DNA of 64,000 bases from Flavobacteriaceae bacterium UBA3356 (lineage in GTDB: Bacteria; Bacteroidota; Bacteroidia; Flavobacteriales; Flavobacteriaceae), in contig DEQW01000003.1 in assembly GCA_002360635.1 (NCBI GenBank), forward strand, positions 370,552-434,551, written 5' to 3'. This document shows positions 19,336-30,268 of the stretch, piece after piece. How positions within the stretch are numbered: the stretch's first letter is position 1; each line of letters starts with the position of its first letter. Under the pieces are notes generated by a model. The model had not been told where the DNA came from. It did not search any database and saw nothing but the letters and a program-made list of their open reading frames with translations. Position numbers and translations under genes: made by a program.

Positions 19336-19386
19336 CTACGGCAACGGGTTATTATTATTGTTATTATTTAAGTTGAAAAGTAACAT
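19336..19386 (-). CDS. asnB leader peptide MLLFNLNNNNNNNPLP* (16 aa, 8 Asn)
   Basis: Hand translation from ATG 19386; seven consecutive Asn codons; directly precedes antiterminator/terminator pair. Confidence 0.85.
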   Translation of the reverse strand: MLLFNLNNNNNNNPLP

Positions 19387-19515
19387 ACTACTTGTTTTTG
19401 TCTTTTATGATTATTTGTAAATATTCAATAAAAAAATCGAGGATTCCAAATTTTAATCATCAATTATTTTGTTTTTTGCAATTAAAATCGATTTTAAGTG
19501 CTTTAAAATAAAGGC

Positions 19516-20040
19516 TTAACGATCGAATAAAATTATTTCGATTGGAAGGGCTTTTTCTGGAATTTCGTTTCCATTTATATCATAAAAAGCATGTTTTACA
19601 CTTGTATCTTTCCGAAGGTGTACACGATATATTTCTCTTTCAGGAAAATAAACTGTGATAAAATCGGCATACTTTACATCAAAATCTTTGTAATCAAATT
19701 GAAGTTTCAACCGGACTGTTTCAGGGATGGTTCCTGCTTCCATATATTCTGAATGAAATATCAATGTACCATCTGTTAGATACGAAGCTGAAGAACCGGG
19801 ATTTCCATCTTCTTCAAATTTTGAAATATACCGTACGGCTTTATCATCTGTGGCATCAAATCCTTTTTGAAGCTGCCATTCTGATATAAACCCACCCGGA
19901 AAAAGTGTGTCTTGGTTTGTTAGTACCGCTTGTGGAACTTCAGATTCAGCAATGGTTGGCTGAGATAAATTGACATCTTGGGCTTTCGTAAATAAAGGAA
20001 AAAAAAGTAATAATATAATTAGTAAAGTACTGTTTTTCAT
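19516..20040 (-). CDS. secreted hypothetical protein (PepSY-like/BLIP-like repeats plausible)
   Basis: Signal peptide; EVPQAV...FP and TIPETV...DY duplicated pattern; -7 TATATTTG at 20073-20080. Confidence 0.6.
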   Translation of the reverse strand: MKNSTLLIILLLFFPLFTKAQDVNLSQPTIAESEVPQAVLTNQDTLFPGGFISEWQLQKGFDATDDKAVRYISKFEEDGNPGSSASYLTDGTLIFHSEYMEAGTIPETVRLKLQFDYKDFDVKYADFITVYFPEREIYRVHLRKDTSVKHAFYDINGNEIPEKALPIEIILFDR

Positions 20041-20106
20041 AGTCGTTATCTTTATAAATTCAATAAAAGATACAAATATAACAGCTAGAAAAACAGTACT
20101 TTATGA

Positions 20107-22521
20107 CTATCTTAACTTTGGAAAGTCTTCTGGGTTTGCTTCGTGAATAATGGCATATACTTTTTCAAAAATATCTTCTACAGATGGTTTTGTAAAATAA
20201 TCACCATCGGTTCCATATGCTGGGCGGTGCGCTTTTGCAGTCAACGTTTGTGGTTTGCTATCTAAATGGCGATATCCATTCTGCTTTTCTACAATGGTAT
20301 TTAAAATATATGCAGCAGCACCTCCCGGTACATCTTCATCTACCACTAATAATCTATTGGTTTTGGCGACACTTTTTACCATATCCTCATTAAGATCGAG
20401 CGGAAGTAAGGATTGTACATCGATAATTTCAGCATTAATACCAACTTGTTGCAGTTCTTTAGCAGCTTCTTCAACAATGCGTAGTGTACTTCCGTAGGAA
20501 ACCAAGGTGATATCTTCACCTTCTTTTATGGTTTCAACTACACCAATTGGTGTGCGGAATTCCCCCAAATTATTAGGCATTTTTTCTTTTAATCGGTAGC
20601 CGTTTAAACATTCAACAATTAAAGCAGGTTCGTCAGTTTCTAACAACGTATTGTAAAAACCGGCAGCCTTTGTCATATTTCTAGGAACTAAAATATACAT
20701 ACCACGCAAGAGATGAATTAACCCACCCATTTGCGAACCACTGTGCCAAATACCTTCTAAGCGATGCCCTCTCGTACGGACAATAAGCGGTGCTTTTTGC
20801 GTGCCGTTCGTTCGGTAACGGAGTGTTACCAAGTCATCACTCATAATTTGCAGACAGTACAGCACATAATCTAAATATTGGATTTCGGCGATAGGGCGGA
20901 GGCCTCTCATAGCCATCCCGATACCTTGTCCTAAAATAGTCGCTTCACGAATACCTACGTCGGCAACTCGTAATGCTCCATATTTTTCTTGCATGCCTTC
21001 CAAACCTTGATTTACATCACCAATTTCACCACTATCTTCACCAAAAATTAGCGTGTCTGGATGTTTACTGAAAATAGCATCAAAATTATCACGAAGTACC
21101 ATACGACCATCAACATCTTTTGCGTCATCGTCATATTCTGGTTTTACTTCGGAAATTGTTTTTGCATTCTCTTCTGCTTCAGAATATAAATGAGCGCTGT
21201 ATTTTGGCTGAATTAACTCGTAGTAATTCTCAATCCAGTCAATTAGTTGTCTTTTTTCTGAAGAATCTTCAGTAGTAACGTAACGTAATGCTTTTCTGGC
21301 AGCACCTAATATAGTTTTACGAAGTGGTTCTGTATCAGAAGCCAAATCGTTCTTTATTTTTTCAATGAAGTTTTTATTCTGGCTGCTTTCGGCTAAGTTA
21401 CCTAAAAGTGTTACCGCTTCTTTTTGTTCTTTCTTTTGTGGTGCTAAAAAGGCTTTTAACGCTGCTTTTTTACCATCACGAACTTCTTTTTTGATTACTT
21501 TTTCTATTTCAGAAAGCTCTTCGTCTGTAGCGATGTCATTTTCAATCATCCACTTACGCATCTGTACATTACAGTCGTGCTCGGCTTCCCATTCTAAGCG
21601 TTCTTTGCTTTTATACCGTTCGTGACTACCACTAGTACTGTGACCTTGTGGTTGGGTCAATTCTTGAACGTGAATTAATACTGGAACGTGTTCTTCCCGT
21701 GCAATTTTTCCTGCTTTTTGATACGCTTCGACCAATTCAGGATAGCTCCATCCTTTCACACGGATAATTTCGTAACCTTCTTCATTTTCGGTACGTTGAA
21801 ATCCTTTTAATATTTCAGAAATATTCTCTTTAGTAGTTTGGTGTTTTGCGTGAACCGAAATTCCGTATTCATCATCCCAAACATTGACAACCATAGGTAC
21901 TTGCAATACACCCGCGGCATTGATAGTTTCCCAAAACAGTCCTTCACTCGTACTTGCGTTACCAATGGTACCCCAAGCAACTTCATTTCCGTTGATAGAG
22001 AAGTTGGTTTTATCTTCAATGCCTTTAACGTTTCTGAAAATTTTTGAAGCTTGTGCCAATCCCAATAAACGCGGCATTTGCCCTGCAGTTGGCGAAATAT
22101 CGGCACTACTGTTTTTTTGAGCGGTTAAGTTTTTCCAGCTTCCGTCTTTATTTAAACTATGTGTTGCAAAATGTCCTCCCATTTGGCGTCCAGCGCTCAT
22201 TGGGTCTGCATCTAGATCTGAATGCCCGTACAAACCTGCAAAAAATTGTTGAACGGTCAACTCACCAATCGCCATCATAAACGTTTGGTCGCGGTAGTAG
22301 CCACTTCGCCAATCGCCATTTTTAAATGCTTTTGCCCAAGCCAATTGTGGAACTTCTTTACCATCACCAAAGATTCCGAATTTTGCCTTTCCCGTCAATA
22401 CTTCGCGACGGCCTAAAAGGCTACATTCACGGCTTGTTACTGCCAGCTTATAATCAGAAAGTACTTCTGCTTTAAAATCTTCAAAGGAAAGGTCACTATT
22501 GGTTTTTGGGTCTGTTTGCAT
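20107..22521 (-). CDS. fused alpha/beta E1 2-oxoacid (branched-chain) dehydrogenase
   Basis: TPP-binding GNASTSEG...N region, FGEDSG, GIREATILG, C-terminal transketolase-C domain; -7 TACTTTTG at 22540-22547. Confidence 0.92.
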   Translation of the reverse strand: MQTDPKTNSDLSFEDFKAEVLSDYKLAVTSRECSLLGRREVLTGKAKFGIFGDGKEVPQLAWAKAFKNGDWRSGYYRDQTFMMAIGELTVQQFFAGLYGHSDLDADPMSAGRQMGGHFATHSLNKDGSWKNLTAQKNSSADISPTAGQMPRLLGLAQASKIFRNVKGIEDKTNFSINGNEVAWGTIGNASTSEGLFWETINAAGVLQVPMVVNVWDDEYGISVHAKHQTTKENISEILKGFQRTENEEGYEIIRVKGWSYPELVEAYQKAGKIAREEHVPVLIHVQELTQPQGHSTSGSHERYKSKERLEWEAEHDCNVQMRKWMIENDIATDEELSEIEKVIKKEVRDGKKAALKAFLAPQKKEQKEAVTLLGNLAESSQNKNFIEKIKNDLASDTEPLRKTILGAARKALRYVTTEDSSEKRQLIDWIENYYELIQPKYSAHLYSEAEENAKTISEVKPEYDDDAKDVDGRMVLRDNFDAIFSKHPDTLIFGEDSGEIGDVNQGLEGMQEKYGALRVADVGIREATILGQGIGMAMRGLRPIAEIQYLDYVLYCLQIMSDDLVTLRYRTNGTQKAPLIVRTRGHRLEGIWHSGSQMGGLIHLLRGMYILVPRNMTKAAGFYNTLLETDEPALIVECLNGYRLKEKMPNNLGEFRTPIGVVETIKEGEDITLVSYGSTLRIVEEAAKELQQVGINAEIIDVQSLLPLDLNEDMVKSVAKTNRLLVVDEDVPGGAAAYILNTIVEKQNGYRHLDSKPQTLTAKAHRPAYGTDGDYFTKPSVEDIFEKVYAIIHEANPEDFPKLR

Positions 22522-22692
22522 AGTCTGTGTTTTGAGTTACAAAAGTAGCGAAATCAGCCGGATTTTGCAATGTAATATTTTTACTGAATTGTTAATATTT
22601 ATCGGTAAACAGTATCAATTTTCTAATTTAGGCACTTGTTTTAACAAGCTTGCTGTGAAAACTGAAAATTATTTTTCTGATAAAGGGGGCTT

Positions 22693-25503
22693 TTAGTACC
22701 ATTTTCTGGTAAATAAACCCAGCAAAGTTCTGAGATCGAGTGTGACAATAAAGCGGATGCGTTGGTCATAATTTTCCAATGCAGGTTCCCAACCTAAATT
22801 GGAATAAAGCGGGAAGTAGAGTTCAAAATAATCGGCAACCAAACTCAATCGGATTCCTGTGTCAAACACTCCTTGTGTGCCTCGATCGGTGTTGTGTATT
22901 AAACCAACATCACCATAAGCATAGACCCATTTCCAGATATTGGTACTAGCATTTAACGTAGTTATCCAGCTATTGGCAAACTTTGGTTTTAACTGGGACT
23001 TAAAACCACCTTCGGCTACAATTAATTGCTGACTAAACAGACCGCTTTGCTCACTCCTTCCGTAGTAATTGTAATCAAAAAGGTAATCTGTTGGTCTATC
23101 TAAGGCAAAACTGAAAAAATCTTCATTTTCTCGTGTGTCATTAAAAAGAAAAGCACCCGCAAAAAAACGAAGGTTTAGTTGACGGTTGTTTAAAAAGAGT
23201 TTTCGGTATTCCAGCGTAGTAGAAATCTTACTGAATTTTGCTGAAATTTCATAATCAACAATACCTTTAAAATAGTTAATTAAATTAGGGTTAGAATACA
23301 CATATTGAAGATTAAAAACGCTGTAATTAGGTTCCTGATTGGGGTCGTTTGGGTTGTCATCCCTAATTACATTTACACTCCTAAGATTAATAAATTGCTT
23401 TTCATTATCCCGTAAATCTTTGTTTCGGAAAGCGAAGGTCATAAATGGGGTGTAGCGTCTGTAAAACAAATCCCGGTCATACGAAAAATAACTCCCTGCA
23501 AAACCATATCGCATTGAATATAAAGACTCTTTATCTAAGTTTTGAGTATAAACAAGAGAACCACTTCCTATTATAGTATTGGATTTAAGCCCAATTTGTG
23601 GTGTCAATTTATAATGAAACCCTTTTGGCAAAACCGTTTTATTATACACTTTAGGGCCTACCACAAAGCCATCATACAAGTTGTACTGAAACTCTGGCAT
23701 AAAAAATACCTGATTGTAGCGAGAATCACCAACATCTTGAAACAACCTAAATTGAAACGGACGGTTAAACAATCCTTTTACAGCTTTATAGTTGTTGCGT
23801 TGGTTGTATTCTGGGATGGTTTTTTCATAGTTTAGAACCAACTTCCCGACGTCTTTTTTTGGTACCGTAACCGTTGCAATGCTGTCAATGGGTAACAACC
23901 ACTTTTTAAATAAAATACTGTCATTGTTAATTCCGTAGAGCGAAACAGGCATGCTGTTTTTACGGGTATTCTTAACAGTTACTTTAAGGGAATCACCTTG
24001 TTTTTCAACATTTTTTATCCTGAAATCAATTGTTGTACGGGAATCTATATAATCAGTAAAAAACCAGTTAACAGGTAAGGTTGTGTTTTTCTGAAGTGTT
24101 TCTTTAAAAACTATCGGATCAATAGGTTTTAATTTGTTTTCAGAATAAAAATCTTTAATGCTTTTTGAAATCGTTTCTTTCCCTAAATAATCTGAAAGGT
24201 ACTTTATTCCAGCGCCACCATAATAATCGTTTGCTATATTTTTATTGAATTTCAGCAATGAATCGCGAGAGGTAGTTAAGGATTGTTGTAAGTTGTTTCG
24301 GGCGACATTTTGGTACAACAAAGGGTATTGATCGTTAAACTCTAAGTCGGCTGCGTGTGCCCAACGAATAACCCAAAAGTTGCTTAGACTTCCTAAAATT
24401 TTCATTTTAGGGTAATATGTGTCAACATACTCCATCATTAAATGGATTTGCAAAGCACCGATTAACCAACTGTCCTTACGGGGGTTGAGTGAAAGGGATG
24501 ATTCTAGATATTTTCTGGTTATGGTTTTAAGTTGTTCCATATCATACTCAAAACCAGCAGGGAAGGGGCTTATAAAGTCAGGAAGTTGGTTAAGGCCGTA
24601 CACTGGGCTATTTCGATAATCTGCTTCGCTAATCACCATTTTTTTAAATGGATACTCCCCAAGATTGTCATCTAAAAAATGTACAATTCTGTCAATTGCC
24701 AATGCACTAATTTGAGGTGAAATTTTTTCGTCCTTTAAGTTGGTTACAATGGTAAGCTTATCGGTTTCTATAGTTTCAAAAGAGGAATCTTTTTCAAGAA
24801 ATAGAGTTGCTTGGTTACGTTCTTTACCTTGTAATAAAATGGCTTTTTGATTTTCAGAAATTGTTTCTGAAATAATATTAAAATCTGAAGTAAGTTTATA
24901 CTCTTTCGGAACTTTAAAGCTTATTGTAAAAGAGGAAGGCGTTAAAAATAGGTCGTCTGTATTTTTATTACTGTACGCTTGCCAATCATTATCAAAAACC
25001 GCAGGTGAAATATACCAGTATTTCAGTTTATAATTGTTGTTTTCTGTCACTCCAAAGCGTGTAAACTTAGTACTTGGCAACTTTACAGTGTACATTAAAT
25101 TTACGGTAAAATTTTCTCCCGGCAGTATTGGGTTTATGGGAGTAATTTTAATAATATCGGTAGCTTTTCCACGTTTCCAATTTAATGGGGTATTTGTTGC
25201 ACCTGTAATGCTGTGAACAGTTGTTTTACCCCTATCTTCTTTTTTTTCAAAATGAAAAGAACTGTTGTAATTTTCAGCAAACCGTTTTGCCAAGGGTGTG
25301 GTTTTACTCGAAAAACTATTGGCCCAATCGTTTAAAAAAACGTCTTGCCAGGCAATATTTGATGTATTCTTAAATACAATTTGCTGGTTTATTTGAATGC
25401 TTTTTGTTTCAGGCTTTAATTCTGCCTCAATAGAAATTTCATATTGAGCGGACATGGTGACCACGAATAAAAAACATGTAAATAAGAAAAGCTTTTTAAG
25501 CAT
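22693..25503 (-). CDS. M1-aminopeptidase-like exported protein lacking HEXXH, with C-terminal beta-rich domain
   Basis: Signal peptide; M1-like N-terminal pattern (FLNDWANSF, YWYISPAVF); no HExxH; aromatic beta-strand-rich C-terminus. Confidence 0.7.
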   Translation of the reverse strand: MLKKLFLFTCFLFVVTMSAQYEISIEAELKPETKSIQINQQIVFKNTSNIAWQDVFLNDWANSFSSKTTPLAKRFAENYNSSFHFEKKEDRGKTTVHSITGATNTPLNWKRGKATDIIKITPINPILPGENFTVNLMYTVKLPSTKFTRFGVTENNNYKLKYWYISPAVFDNDWQAYSNKNTDDLFLTPSSFTISFKVPKEYKLTSDFNIISETISENQKAILLQGKERNQATLFLEKDSSFETIETDKLTIVTNLKDEKISPQISALAIDRIVHFLDDNLGEYPFKKMVISEADYRNSPVYGLNQLPDFISPFPAGFEYDMEQLKTITRKYLESSLSLNPRKDSWLIGALQIHLMMEYVDTYYPKMKILGSLSNFWVIRWAHAADLEFNDQYPLLYQNVARNNLQQSLTTSRDSLLKFNKNIANDYYGGAGIKYLSDYLGKETISKSIKDFYSENKLKPIDPIVFKETLQKNTTLPVNWFFTDYIDSRTTIDFRIKNVEKQGDSLKVTVKNTRKNSMPVSLYGINNDSILFKKWLLPIDSIATVTVPKKDVGKLVLNYEKTIPEYNQRNNYKAVKGLFNRPFQFRLFQDVGDSRYNQVFFMPEFQYNLYDGFVVGPKVYNKTVLPKGFHYKLTPQIGLKSNTIIGSGSLVYTQNLDKESLYSMRYGFAGSYFSYDRDLFYRRYTPFMTFAFRNKDLRDNEKQFINLRSVNVIRDDNPNDPNQEPNYSVFNLQYVYSNPNLINYFKGIVDYEISAKFSKISTTLEYRKLFLNNRQLNLRFFAGAFLFNDTRENEDFFSFALDRPTDYLFDYNYYGRSEQSGLFSQQLIVAEGGFKSQLKPKFANSWITTLNASTNIWKWVYAYGDVGLIHNTDRGTQGVFDTGIRLSLVADYFELYFPLYSNLGWEPALENYDQRIRFIVTLDLRTLLGLFTRKWY

Positions 25504-25520
25504 ATTGGGGAGTGTGTATT

Positions 25521-26210
25521 TTAGAAGTTAGGACTAAGATTATATTTATCATAAAACTGATTTAATATATCTAGTACTTCATCTTCGTGATCTACTATGT
25601 GCACGAGCTCCAAATCTTCTGGACTTACATTGTTGTTTGCCTCAAGCAGCGTTTCTTTTACCCAATCCCATAAGCCGCTCCAGAACTTTGTACCTACTAA
25701 TATTAACGGGAACTTATCTATTTTATGGGTTTGTATAAGGGTGAGAGCTTCAAAAAACTCGTCTAAAGTCCCAAAACCACCTGGCATAACCACAAACCCT
25801 TGAGAATATTTAACGAACATAACTTTACGCACAAAAAAGTAATCAAAATCTATGCTTTTATCACTATCAATATACGGGTTATCGTGTTGCTCAAAGGGTA
25901 ATGTGATGTTTAACCCTACTGAAGTTCCGCCGGCCAAATGTGCCCCTTTGTTACCAGCTTCCATAATACCAGGGCCACCGCCAGTAATTACCCCATAGCC
26001 ATTATTGGTTATTTTTTCGGCAATTCGCTCAGCTAATTTATAATACTTGTGGTCTGGCTTGGTGCGAGCAGATCCGAAAATAGAAACACAAGGTCCAATT
26101 TTACTCAGTTTTTCGTAACCTCCTACAAATTCGCCCATTATTTTGAAGATGGCCCAAGAATCATTGGTTTTTACGAGGTTCCAGTTTTTATTTTTTTGTT
26201 CGTTTCTCAT
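25521..26210 (-). CDS. LOG family (TIGR00730-type) nucleotide phosphoribohydrolase
   Basis: FGSAR, GGGPGIMEA, PGGFGTLDE. Confidence 0.92.
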   Translation of the reverse strand: MRNEQKNKNWNLVKTNDSWAIFKIMGEFVGGYEKLSKIGPCVSIFGSARTKPDHKYYKLAERIAEKITNNGYGVITGGGPGIMEAGNKGAHLAGGTSVGLNITLPFEQHDNPYIDSDKSIDFDYFFVRKVMFVKYSQGFVVMPGGFGTLDEFFEALTLIQTHKIDKFPLILVGTKFWSGLWDWVKETLLEANNNVSPEDLELVHIVDHEDEVLDILNQFYDKYNLSPNF

Positions 26211-26327
26211 GTTTATGTCTTTTGTATTCCCACTTTTTTGGTATTCCTACAAAGGTTTTGGAACACTCAGTGTACCATCTTGCAGAATATTTATGCCTTT
26301 AGTATCCAACATCTGTCATCTTTCTTC

Positions 26328-29162
26328 TCACGAATGTAATTCTTTTTTAAGAAAACGTGCTGTATGGCTTTTCTTGTTTTTAATAATTTCCTCGGGAGTT
26401 CCTGTGGCGATTACTTTTCCTCCTTTTTTACCGCCTTCAGGACCAATATCAATTATATAGTCTACCGTTTTTATAACATCTAGGTTATGTTCAATAATAA
26501 GTACGGTGTTGCCTTTTTTAACCAATTCATTCAATACCAACATTAATACTCTAATATCTTCGAAATGCAAGCCTGTTGTGGGTTCATCGAGGATGTAAAA
26601 TGTATTTCCTGTTCCTTTTTTAGAGAGTTCTGTTGCCAATTTTACACGTTGTGCTTCCCCTCCTGAGAGTGTGGTAGATTGTTGCCCTAGCGTAATATAG
26701 CCAAGCCCTACATCTTGAATGGTTTTAAGTTTTCTATAAACTTTTGGGATGTGTTCAAAGAACTCACACGCCTCGTTAATGGTCATGCTCAGCACATCAT
26801 ATATTGAGTTGCCTTTATAACGAATTTCGAGTGTTTCCCGGTTAAAACGCTTTCCTTGACAGGTCTCGCATTCTACATAAACATCGGGTAAAAAGTTCAT
26901 TTCAATAACCTTTAAACCTGCCCCTTTACAGGTTTCACAACGCCCGCCTTTTACATTAAAACTGAAACGCCCTGGTTTATAACCCCTAATCATCGATTCA
27001 GGGATTTTAGCGAATAAACTCCGTATTTCTGAAAAAACACCAGTGTAAGTCGCCGGATTAGAACGTGGTGTTCGACCAATGGGCGATTGGTTAATGTCAA
27101 TCACTTTATCAAGATGCTCTAATCCTTCAATCTTTTTGTATGGCATCGGCTTTTTAACGCCGTTGTAAATTTCGGCATTTAAAATAGGGTAGAGCGTTTC
27201 GTTTATTAGCGTAGATTTCCCACTTCCTGAGACTCCTGTAATTCCAATCATAGTTCCTAAGGGAAACTCGACCGTTACTTTTTTTAAGTTGTTTCCAGTG
27301 GCGCCTGAAAGTTTTAAGCTTTTTCCGTTTCCTTCCCGTCTTTTGTTGGGGATTTCAATTTCCTTGCTTCCGCTAAGGTATTCTGCGGTAAGGGTTTTAT
27401 GCTTTAACAACTCTGAAGGGGTTCCTTCCGAAACAATTTCACCACCGTGTTTTCCAGCAGCAGGGCCAATATCTATTACATAATCGGCGCTTTCAATCAT
27501 TTCTTTGTCGTGTTCCACCACAAGTACCGAATTGCCAATATCGCGAAGGGAAACTAGCGATTCAATTAATTTTTTATTATCACGTTGATGTAGGCCAATA
27601 CTAGGCTCATCGAGAATATAAAGCACCCCGACTAATTGCGAACCAATTTGCGTAGCCAACCTAATACGTTGTGCTTCCCCACCGGATAAGGATTTTGAGC
27701 TTCGGTCCAGCGCTAAATAGGTCAATCCTACATCAACCAAAAATTGGATACGTGTTCGGACTTCCTTTATAATTTCAGAACCAATTTTAAGTTGTGTTTC
27801 ACTTAAGTCTTTTTCAATATTTTTAAACCAGCTTGCCAGTTCGATGATGTCCATATGGGCAAGTTCGGCTATGTTTTTATCGTTCACTTTAAAAAATAGC
27901 GACTCTTTTCGCAATCGGCTTCCTTCGCACTCTGGACAAACTACTTTGTCCATATATTCTTTTGCCCAACGCTGAAGCGAGCGGGATTCGTTTGCTTCAA
28001 AAGTATTTTGTAAAAAAGTGGCAACTCCTTCAAAATCTATTTTATATTTTCGGGTAATCCCAAGGGTTTTTGAGTCTACTTCAAAAGCTGAGTTTCCACC
28101 GTGGAAAATCATTTCTTTTGCTTCCTTCGGAATTTTACTGAATGGGTCGCTTAATTCAAAATCAAACTTTTGTGCAATCAATTCAAGTTGTTTAAAAACC
28201 CAATTTTTCTTTTGGGGGCCGTGTGGTGCCAATGCTCCTTTCTTGATAGATAAGCTTTCATCTGGAACAATTTTATTGAGGTTTACTTCGTATAAAGTCC
28301 CTAATCCTTTACAATTTGGGCACATTCCTTTAGGTGAATTGAAGGAAAAATTATTCGGCTCAGGATTCGGGTACGAAATTCCAGTGGTTGGGCACATTAA
28401 AGAACGACTAAAAAATCGAGCTTTATTGGTCTCGTTATCCAAAACCATTAGCACATCGTCGCCGTGATACATGGCGGTATTTATGGTTTCGCTAAGGCGT
28501 TTGCTGTTCTCTGTTTCAGTTGAAACTTTTAAGCGGTCAATTACAATCTCGATATCGTGGGTTTTATAGCGGTCTGTACGCATTCCCTTTACAATATCTT
28601 TTACCTCGCCGTCAACCCTAACCTTTACAAAACCTTGCTTGGCAATTTGCTCAAAAAGTTCACGATAGTGTCCTTTTCTGGAGCGGATAACGGGAGCCAG
28701 AACACTTATTTTTTTACCATTAAACTCTTCAATAATCAGGTTTTTAATCTGCTCATCGCTATAACTTACCATTTTTTCACCCGTATTGTAACTATACGCA
28801 TCGCTGGCACGAGCATATAATAAACGTAGAAAATCGTAGATTTCGGTAATGGTGCCAACAGTAGAGCGAGGGCTTTTACTGGTGGTTTTTTGTTCAATGG
28901 CAATAACAGGGGAGAGACCATCAATTTTATCAACATCTGGACGCTCTAAGTTTCCTAAAAATTGGCGAGCATATGCTGAAAAAGTTTCAATATAACGCCG
29001 CTGTCCTTCCGCGTAAATGGTATCGAAAGCTAAAGAAGATTTTCCACTACCCGAAAGACCTGTAATGACAACTAATTTATCCCTTGGAATTTTAACATCA
29101 ATGTCCTTTAAATTATGGACACGCGCCCCTAAAACTTCAATAAAATCATCATTTTTTGCCAT
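26328..29162 (-). CDS. uvrA: excinuclease ABC subunit A
   Basis: Two Walker A ([18 protein letters not shown]), LSGGEAQR x2, CxxC zinc fingers; ATG 29162 preferred. Confidence 0.98.
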   Translation of the reverse strand: MAKNDDFIEVLGARVHNLKDIDVKIPRDKLVVITGLSGSGKSSLAFDTIYAEGQRRYIETFSAYARQFLGNLERPDVDKIDGLSPVIAIEQKTTSKSPRSTVGTITEIYDFLRLLYARASDAYSYNTGEKMVSYSDEQIKNLIIEEFNGKKISVLAPVIRSRKGHYRELFEQIAKQGFVKVRVDGEVKDIVKGMRTDRYKTHDIEIVIDRLKVSTETENSKRLSETINTAMYHGDDVLMVLDNETNKARFFSRSLMCPTTGISYPNPEPNNFSFNSPKGMCPNCKGLGTLYEVNLNKIVPDESLSIKKGALAPHGPQKKNWVFKQLELIAQKFDFELSDPFSKIPKEAKEMIFHGGNSAFEVDSKTLGITRKYKIDFEGVATFLQNTFEANESRSLQRWAKEYMDKVVCPECEGSRLRKESLFFKVNDKNIAELAHMDIIELASWFKNIEKDLSETQLKIGSEIIKEVRTRIQFLVDVGLTYLALDRSSKSLSGGEAQRIRLATQIGSQLVGVLYILDEPSIGLHQRDNKKLIESLVSLRDIGNSVLVVEHDKEMIESADYVIDIGPAAGKHGGEIVSEGTPSELLKHKTLTAEYLSGSKEIEIPNKRREGNGKSLKLSGATGNNLKKVTVEFPLGTMIGITGVSGSGKSTLINETLYPILNAEIYNGVKKPMPYKKIEGLEHLDKVIDINQSPIGRTPRSNPATYTGVFSEIRSLFAKIPESMIRGYKPGRFSFNVKGGRCETCKGAGLKVIEMNFLPDVYVECETCQGKRFNRETLEIRYKGNSIYDVLSMTINEACEFFEHIPKVYRKLKTIQDVGLGYITLGQQSTTLSGGEAQRVKLATELSKKGTGNTFYILDEPTTGLHFEDIRVLMLVLNELVKKGNTVLIIEHNLDVIKTVDYIIDIGPEGGKKGGKVIATGTPEEIIKNKKSHTARFLKKELHS

Positions 29163-29168
29163 AGTTTG

Positions 29169-29176
29169 CAAAGGTA
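29169..29176 (-). promoter_or_regulatory. Bacteroidota -7 promoter element TACCTTTG (uvrA)
   Basis: Exact TAnnTTTG match 6 nt before ATG 29162. Confidence 0.6.
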
Positions 29177-29248
29177 CTCATTTGAACTTAAATTTTAGAA
29201 CTTGGTTTGGCTTGCGTGAATTGTTTTTCTGAAGAAAATGAAAACGGA

Positions 29249-30268
29249 TTAATTGTTTACTGAATTGTTTAAAAAACGAAAAAAAGTAGTGCTAATAAAG
29301 AATACGACACTAATTACAAAAGCATAGCTAATTATCAATGAAAGTATATTGAGGCTAAAAAGAAAATATGCTAGAGGGAGCAAAACACCAAAAAAGACCA
29401 ACAATAAAAATATAAAGTATAAATAGCGGGAAATAGAGGGTAGTTTTTCGGACGATTTTTCTTGCAGCTGATACAGCTTTGGTAAAACTTCAGTGGTGAT
29501 ATACTCTCCTAGTTTTGATAAAAAAACTTCATTAAACGAAGAGTCTTCAAAAGCTTTGTTATCTATGGAGATGGCGTGCATCATTATTTTTTCTTGATGC
29601 CTTTCGTAAATAGCCTCCAAGTCCAATGCATCTTTGTAGGTTCCATATTTATACCCAAAATAATACCATAGGCCAGAACCACACTTGTGTTCTAACCATT
29701 TTTGAATAAGCTCTTTTTTGTAAGATTCTGGTTTGGCAATGGTTTCAGGAATGTGTTTTTGCTTAGTGTCTGTTTGTAATAATGATTTTAATTCCAAATA
29801 CAGATTTTCAGTATCTGCGTAATTATTTTTTTCTTGTAAAAACTCAATGGCCAATTTTGACTTTCCTTTGTAAAACTCCTTTACCTGAAAAAAGGTAAGC
29901 CCGGCAAATTCTTCATCAATATACTCTTTCAATCCCGGTAACCACATTTTCGACCTAAGTAAAATCTCTATGATTTCTCTAAAGTCGTGCATTTTTTTAT
30001 TCAAAACCTCTAAACCACTAACTCCTATCTTTTTTTCTTTTTTTAGGTTTACTGCAAATAAGATTAAATACAACAATATAAAAGTGGAAAGAAAACCACT
30101 TATACTGATAAAAATTGAAGAAAGGTCGACTAACTGGTTTTCAAACTGAAGTACTAAGGTTGTTTTTTTCCAAAGGATAAAAGTTAGTCCAATACAAAGA
30201 AACCCACTAAAAACAAGTGGAATAAGGGTATATAAATCTTTAAAAAAAGATTTTTTCTTCATAGGCAT
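29249..30268 (-). CDS. hypothetical membrane protein (2 TM + soluble core + 2 TM)
   Basis: 339-aa ORF with hydrophobic segments at both ends. Confidence 0.65.
   Translation of the reverse strand: MPMKKKSFFKDLYTLIPLVFSGFLCIGLTFILWKKTTLVLQFENQLVDLSSIFISISGFLSTFILLYLILFAVNLKKEKKIGVSGLEVLNKKMHDFREIIEILLRSKMWLPGLKEYIDEEFAGLTFFQVKEFYKGKSKLAIEFLQEKNNYADTENLYLELKSLLQTDTKQKHIPETIAKPESYKKELIQKWLEHKCGSGLWYYFGYKYGTYKDALDLEAIYERHQEKIMMHAISIDNKAFEDSSFNEVFLSKLGEYITTEVLPKLYQLQEKSSEKLPSISRYLYFIFLLLVFFGVLLPLAYFLFSLNILSLIISYAFVISVVFFISTTFFRFLNNSVNN

Noticed and set aside
19336-19386. ATT/AAT run as a mere microsatellite
   Set aside because: It is in frame behind an ATG, uses mixed AAT/AAC codons and is coupled to a terminator/antiterminator upstream of the Asn biosynthetic gene.
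26211-26327. 21-codon ORF (MLDTKGINILQDGTLSVPKPL) between uvrA and LOG
   Set aside because: No compositional bias, motif or associated structure; likely chance.
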